Shown: one piece after another, positions 62,957 to 64,000 of the stretch
Layout: every line of letters starts with the position of its first letter
Numbering within the stretch: the stretch's first letter is position 1
Assembly (NCBI GenBank): GCA_963780425.1
Contig: CAWABZ010000004.1
Location: 20,714 to 84,713 of the forward strand
Length of the DNA stretch: 64,000 nucleotides
Source of the DNA: an uncultured Chloroflexia bacterium
Lineage (GTDB): Bacteria; Chloroflexota; Limnocylindria; Limnocylindrales; CSP1-4
Reading direction: 5' to 3'
Made by a program: the position numbers and the translations under genes
Notes under the pieces: generated by a model
What the model was told of the DNA's origin: nothing
The model's database searches: none
The model's input: only the letters and a program-made list of their open reading frames with translations

Positions 62957-64000
62957 CTACGCCACGCCCGTCTCCTCGCCCATCGCCTCCTTGACTCTCC
63001 CGAGCGCCTCCCGCCGCTGGAAGTACAGATACAGGCCGATGATCACACCGGCGATCATCCAGATCGCGACGAGCGGTGGCACGAAGGAATACGGCTCGGC
63101 GAGTGCCGCGAGCTCCAGATCAATGACTGGGATGGTGACCCCGCCCAGGACCCCGAAGAACGCCGGGATCATCGCGATCACCCCGAGGATGGGGACCACC
63201 AAGTGCTTGATCGGGTTGAATTCGGCCCTGCCCTCGCTCAGGTAGTAGCCGATGGCGGCCAGGTTGACCGCGATGTACATCCCGGCGAACAGCAGACCTA
63301 ACGCGTATCCGAGCCAGAAGTACGTGTTCAAGGGTCCAGGCGTGTCCGGGTACGCCGAGCCAAGCCACAGGCTGAGGCCGACGGCGATGACGATGCCCAA
63401 GATCGCCTGCACGTGCACCGCGTTGACCGGCGTCCGATGGGTCGGGTGGACGGCCGCGAATGCCCGCGGGAGCAGCCGCGACCGACCCAGCGAGAAGATC
63501 GCACGAGTCGAGGCATTGGCGCCGGAGTTGGCATTGGCGAGGCAGCTGTTGAGGATCGCGAAGGTGACAAGCAGGCTGCCGATCCCCGGGAGGACCTGTT
63601 CGGCCATGCCGCCCCACGGGTTGCCGTCATTGGCGCCGATGAAATCGGTCATCTGGGCTGGACCGAAGAACACCGTCGCCGCGTAATAGCAGAACACGTA
63701 GAACAGCCCGATCAGGATCGCGGACCAGAGCACGGCCTGGCGGATCGTCCGCTTGGGGTCCCGTGTCTCCTCGGCCAGCGGCGCCGCGGCCTCGAACCCG
63801 ACGAATGCGAGCAGGCAGAAGACCATCCCCTGCAGTGCCGGCCGAATGCCCTCGTCGCCTGGGACGAAGACCGACAGCGTGTTGTTGGCCCCGGCATTGA
63901 TGACGAGCAGGAAGGAGACCAGCAGGAAGATGCCGATCTCGATGAGCCCGAGCACGACGCCGGTGCGTGTCGAGACGGAGATGCCGCGGAAGTTCAGGAA
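62957..64000 (-). CDS. APC family amino acid/amine permease (5' end outside window)
   Basis: FVGFEAAAPLAEETRDPKRTI, R..FSLGR..LLP..FAAVHP.HRTP; many TMs. Confidence 0.9.
   Translation of the reverse strand, partial: FLNFRGISVSTRTGVVLGLIEIGIFLLVSFLLVINAGANNTLSVFVPGDEGIRPALQGMVFCLLAFVGFEAAAPLAEETRDPKRTIRQAVLWSAILIGLFYVFCYYAATVFFGPAQMTDFIGANDGNPWGGMAEQVLPGIGSLLVTFAILNSCLANANSGANASTRAIFSLGRSRLLPRAFAAVHPTHRTPVNAVHVQAILGIVIAVGLSLWLGSAYPDTPGPLNTYFWLGYALGLLFAGMYIAVNLAAIGYYLSEGRAEFNPIKHLVVPILGVIAMIPAFFGVLGGVTIPVIDLELAALAEPYSFVPPLVAIWMIAGVIIGLYLYFQRREALGRVKEAMGEETGVA

Overview
This is high-GC bacterial chromosomal DNA. Gene content and style (ECF/anti-sigma pairs, class II RNR, XRE-HTH + PD-(D/E)XK gene) suggest Chloroflexota, Limnocylindria-like; that assignment is inference. 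About 20 genes are broken by small indels, several in G/C runs, most likely long-read assembly errors. Contents: epoxide hydrolase/TetR pair, SigJ (ECF41) operon, two related ECF/anti-sigma pairs, an RPH-like PEP-utilising enzyme, an rtcB 3' remnant beside an ~8 kb sugar-catabolic block, nrdJ with tandem NrdR boxes, a ROK-regulated GlcNAc-type ABC/GH3/SIS operon, an atypical FtsH-like operon, ccsA/ABC cluster, add, pepA, M23 peptidase, glgC, a C39-like/YbjN/tandem gluzincin/pncB cluster, Nudix, MsmX, MBL hydrolase, acetamidase and a partial APC permease. Most unusual: (1) a ~190-bp three-unit palindromic element present twice in opposite orientation, one copy supplying the stop codon of an HTH-nuclease gene, each next to a 9-bp repeat; (2) an ECF cassette whose target lipoprotein and anti-sigma share a near-identical ~516-bp duplicated segment, with matching promoter motifs before the lipoprotein and sigma genes; (3) three probable CTG-initiated genes. 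No rRNA, tRNA, CRISPR array or transposase was recognised.
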